DNA of 20,397 nucleotides. It comes from Bacteroidia bacterium (lineage in GTDB: Bacteria; Bacteroidota; Bacteroidia; Bacteroidales; VadinHA17). Positions 16,840-20,397 of this stretch are shown one piece after another (the stretch's first letter is position 1; every line of letters starts with the position of its first letter). The notes under the pieces are model-generated. The model saw only the letters and a list, made by a program, of their open reading frames with translations, was not told the origin of the DNA and did not search any database. The translations under genes and the position numbers were made by a program. The DNA lies in the NCBI GenBank assembly GCA_026391215.1, contig JAPLDX010000076.1:1-20397 (forward strand), read 5' to 3'.

Positions 16840-18804
16840 TTATTTTTTGAAATTCAGGACCACTACATTTGCCGACCAGGGTTCAAGGCTGGCGCTGACC
16901 TTTTTTGAAGAGACCGTTACCTGCCTGGTTGATGGAAATATCAGCTTTGGATCTGCAATTGAATTAAAATCATACAATCTCTCAGCTTTTAGAATTTCAA
17001 TCTCACCATATTTCAGGAATGACAGACCCAAAAGGTTTAGTCTTACATGTTTAATTGTAGATGAGGTATTAACAAGCTTTACAAAGACTTTTTTAGCTGC
17101 TTTATCAATTGTTGCACTCACATAAAGGCTGTCCTCTCCTGTAAGCGGCTTCCCTTCCCTGAGAGCCGGTATCACCTGAGTTCCCCTGTGGGTTGAAAAC
17201 ATTTTCTGAGCATAGTAATTTGGCGTACCTGTTACATTAAGGTTATCGAACCAGATAAGGTCAGGACGCCATTGCCAGGCGTCAACATGAGCCAGCAGAG
17301 GAGCATAGGAAGCCATATAAACAACTTCGGCATTTCTTTCGAGACCGGTCATAAAAGCTGCTTCTGATAATGCGCTCAGCCATGAGTTGCGCGATTCCGG
17401 CGCCTCGGCATCCTTGCCATGTGCAGCATATTCTCCGGCAAATACTTTAATACCGCTTCTATCATAATTATCATATCGGTCTGCGTTTTTCTGGAACCAG
17501 GCAGGAGGCATATAGTAATGCTCATCGATCAGGGCAGGGCTCAGCTTCTTCAGCTCTCCCCATGCATAATCAAAATATGCTCCGGAAGCACTGGGTCCTG
17601 ATCCTGAAACGATTTTTATTTTCGGGTATTTCTGTTTAAGTACCTTTTCAAATTGCCTGTAACGTTCAAAATATTGTTCTTCCCACTGCTCATTCCCGAC
17701 ACCTATAAATTTAAGGTCAAAGGGTTCAGGGTGACCCATTGATGCCCTAAAGCTCCCCCATTTAGTTGTGGCTGAGCCGTTTGCAAATTCAATAAGATCC
17801 AGTGCATCCTGTACGTAGGGATCAAGCTCATTAAGGGGGACAACCTCCCCGGCATTGAACTGGCATGACATTCCGCAGTTAAGAATGGGAAGCGGTTCCG
17901 CTCCCATATCTTCTGCTAGAAGAAAATATTCATAAAATCCCATTCCGAAACTCTGAAAATAATCCGGTGCCTGCCGGTTCCTTATTTCCATGTTCCAGCG
18001 GTTATAAATCAGCTTTCTTTCTTCAATGGGGCCAACAGTCGTTTTCCATTGATAACGGTTAACGAGGTTCCTCCCCTCAACAATACATCCTCCCGGAAAC
18101 CTGACAAAGCCCGGCTTAAGGTCGGCTATCATCTGAACAATGTCCTTGCGTAATCCTCCCGGCCTCTCCTTCCATGTATCGGACGGGAAAAGTGAAACCA
18201 TATCAATATCTATTGAGCCTTTGCCCTTAAAAAACAGCCGCAGGATTGCTTCTGGTTCTGTCCTTGAAGCTGTGAAGGAAGCCTTGTATTGTCCCCAGGA
18301 AGACGTAAATCCTCGTATTTCTGTACCACCAAGGATTTCCCCTTTTGGATCCAGAAGTTCAACCTTTAGCTTAATATCTGAACTCCCTTCAACTCTGGCA
18401 GAAACGGAAAAATTATACTGATTGCCCAGTTTTATCCCCATTCCCCGGAATCCCTCATTTGTCAGATTAAAACCCCCGGATTGAGCATCTATATAAATAG
18501 TGACGTAATGGGGATTGGCATCGTTCGAAGGAGAATAAAAAGTAGGTATAATACGGCCAGCACCATTACTCCGATCCTCATCCCATCCCATCAGCGGTAA
18601 GTTGAACTCAAACGACCGGTTCTTTACTAATTCAGCATAAATTCCCCCGTCTGCAGCAAAGTTGATGTCCTCAAAAAAGACTCCCCACATCGTTGGCTGC
18701 ACATCACAGACAGGTTTGTCTGCCAGTACCATTATCTCATTTACCTGCTGGGCAGATAATAAACAGGATGACAGAATAAAAGAAAGCAGAACGATCTTCT
18801 TCAT
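16840..18804 (-). CDS. Alpha-L-arabinofuranosidase, glycoside hydrolase family 51
   Basis: WGVFFEDINFAADGGIYAELVKNRSFE, RFPGGCIVEG, acid/base GVGNEQW, IDEHYY, nucleophile FAGEYA, MASYAPLL. Signal peptide ending LSA-Q. Confidence 0.94.
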   Translation of the reverse strand: MKKIVLLSFILSSCLLSAQQVNEIMVLADKPVCDVQPTMWGVFFEDINFAADGGIYAELVKNRSFEFNLPLMGWDEDRSNGAGRIIPTFYSPSNDANPHYVTIYIDAQSGGFNLTNEGFRGMGIKLGNQYNFSVSARVEGSSDIKLKVELLDPKGEILGGTEIRGFTSSWGQYKASFTASRTEPEAILRLFFKGKGSIDIDMVSLFPSDTWKERPGGLRKDIVQMIADLKPGFVRFPGGCIVEGRNLVNRYQWKTTVGPIEERKLIYNRWNMEIRNRQAPDYFQSFGMGFYEYFLLAEDMGAEPLPILNCGMSCQFNAGEVVPLNELDPYVQDALDLIEFANGSATTKWGSFRASMGHPEPFDLKFIGVGNEQWEEQYFERYRQFEKVLKQKYPKIKIVSGSGPSASGAYFDYAWGELKKLSPALIDEHYYMPPAWFQKNADRYDNYDRSGIKVFAGEYAAHGKDAEAPESRNSWLSALSEAAFMTGLERNAEVVYMASYAPLLAHVDAWQWRPDLIWFDNLNVTGTPNYYAQKMFSTHRGTQVIPALREGKPLTGEDSLYVSATIDKAAKKVFVKLVNTSSTIKHVRLNLLGLSFLKYGEIEILKAERLYDFNSIADPKLIFPSTRQVTVSSKKVSASLEPWSANVVVLNFKK

Positions 18805-18815
18805 AGGATATACTG

Positions 18816-20397
18816 TTATCTAAAAACTACTTCAGAGGCAGCGTCGTACATTTTCCTGGTCGCAGCTTTCAACTGATTTTCAGGCACTTTAACGACTTTT
18901 CTGTCATATGTCATCAACCCGTTGCATTCAATTTCCACATCAGTGGTCTGGGTATAGATAGCGGCCGATAAACCTCTTTTTATAAATAGGGCAATCTGAT
19001 CGAGATATCCTGAATAGGTTTTAAAGAGAGTATCTGCATCCTGGAATGTCCTGTAGCCCCAGTTGTCTTTATCGAGCCAGGTGTGTCCCTCAAGCGGCAG
19101 ACCCAATCCTCCGAATTCACCCAGTACCAGTGCCTGCTTTGAGCCGAATACTTCAGGCTTGGCCATCACCGGATTCGGGTAATTATGGAGATCAAGAATG
19201 TGTCCCGTTTCATGGAAATTGCCTCCGCTGGCACTGTTCACAAGCCGTGAAGGATCTTTCTCCATAGTCCATTTTGTAACTTCAGCTGTCTTGAACTGCC
19301 CCCATGATTCATTGAAAGGCACCCATACAATAACGCAGGGGAAATTATACAGGTAATCAATTATTGCATTCCATTCAGAACGGTATATTTTCTCTGAAGC
19401 TTCAGTGCGGATCTTGTCTGATCCTCCCTCCATGCCCGGCCTTGTATTCCACTGACCGCCGCCAAGATCTCCGCTCGGCATATCCTGCCATACGAGTATT
19501 CCGGTCCTGTCGCAATGATAATACCATCGGGCAGGCTCAACCTTTACGTGCTTCCTTATCATATTGAATCCCAGATCTTTAGTTTTGACGATATCAAAAA
19601 GAAGCGCTCCATCTGATGGCGCAGTATATAATCCGTCAGGCCACCAGCCCTGATCCAGGGGACCATACTGGAAAACAAACTTATTATTAAGCATCATCCT
19701 GAGAACTCCGTTTTCATCAGCCATCAAAGAGCTCTTACGCATTGCAAAATAACTTTTCACCTCATCGATAACCTTTCCTTTACGGATGACTGATATTTTC
19801 AGGTCATAAAGGAACGGATCATCAGGAGACCATAGTCTGGGATTGTTTACCGTGACTATTATCCCAAGGCCATTTGAAGATTCTATCTCGGATATCATCT
19901 TGTCTCCATCCCATGTCGAAATATGGATTATATCACCGGGCTCCTCGTTTTCCAGATCAACGCTTACAGATAGCACCTTTTTATCTATATCAGGTACCTG
20001 TTTTGTCGAGGATATATAGGTTGCAGGAACAGCCTCCAGCCAGACGGTCTGCCAGATACCTGTAACTGAAGTGTACCATATGCTTCCGGGACTTAATACC
20101 TGTTTACCGCGCGGCTGAGGACCTTTATCAACGGGGTCGGCAACACGGAGCTCAAGAACCTGAGCTCCATTGCCTTTAAGGTATGGGGTTATATTGAAAT
20201 AAAAAGGATCGTAGCCTCCCTGGTGAGATCCGACTTTATTTCCATTAATATATATATCTGATAACCAGTCAACTGCACCAAAATGCAACAGGATTGTTTT
20301 CTTCCTGAATGTTGATGGCAGGGTGAATTTTGTTCTGTACCATAATACATTGTCTGGTCCGACTGTTTTATTTACTCCAGATAGTGCCGATTCCACT
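18816..20397 (-). CDS. Glycoside hydrolase family 2 (5'-partial, runs off the window)
   Basis: LLHFGAVDW, HQGGYDPF, QPRGKQ, TGIWQTVWLE, GPLDQGWWPDG, GFNMIRKHVKVEP, acid/base PFNESWGQ, nucleophile LGEFGG, YTQTTDVEIECNG. Confidence 0.92.
   Translation of the reverse strand, partial: VESALSGVNKTVGPDNVLWYRTKFTLPSTFRKKTILLHFGAVDWLSDIYINGNKVGSHQGGYDPFYFNITPYLKGNGAQVLELRVADPVDKGPQPRGKQVLSPGSIWYTSVTGIWQTVWLEAVPATYISSTKQVPDIDKKVLSVSVDLENEEPGDIIHISTWDGDKMISEIESSNGLGIIVTVNNPRLWSPDDPFLYDLKISVIRKGKVIDEVKSYFAMRKSSLMADENGVLRMMLNNKFVFQYGPLDQGWWPDGLYTAPSDGALLFDIVKTKDLGFNMIRKHVKVEPARWYYHCDRTGILVWQDMPSGDLGGGQWNTRPGMEGGSDKIRTEASEKIYRSEWNAIIDYLYNFPCVIVWVPFNESWGQFKTAEVTKWTMEKDPSRLVNSASGGNFHETGHILDLHNYPNPVMAKPEVFGSKQALVLGEFGGLGLPLEGHTWLDKDNWGYRTFQDADTLFKTYSGYLDQIALFIKRGLSAAIYTQTTDVEIECNGLMTYDRKVVKVPENQLKAATRKMYDAASEVVFR

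Overview
A gene-dense bacterial window that reads as Bacteroidota (Bacteroidales-like), based on TAnnTTTG -7 promoter boxes, signal peptides cleaved before Gln, a TonB receptor plus PnuC under a TPP riboswitch, and GH106/GH51/GH2 enzymes. From left to right it holds: (1) a tight three-gene unit (secreted FG-GAP/ASPIC-UnbV protein, glutaminase-dead asparagine-synthetase-like ATP amide ligase, TIGR01210/RaSEA-like radical SAM enzyme), which is the best candidate for an undescribed pathway; (2) a minus-strand thiamine uptake unit (TPP riboswitch with a readable switching mechanism, TonB receptor, and a pnuC interrupted by a low-complexity repeat insertion carrying an in-frame TAG); (3) a DUF3052-like gene, an ogt with its active site deleted, a small lipoprotein, and a DUF559 nuclease bracketed by inverted REP-like hairpins; (4) an esterase, a GH106 rhamnosidase, a porin and an M61 peptidase; (5) minus-strand dedA, GH51 and a 5'-partial GH2. 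Three distinct short-repeat families touch coding sequence. No rRNA, tRNA, CRISPR array or transposase was seen. All family calls come from motif recognition, not database searches.
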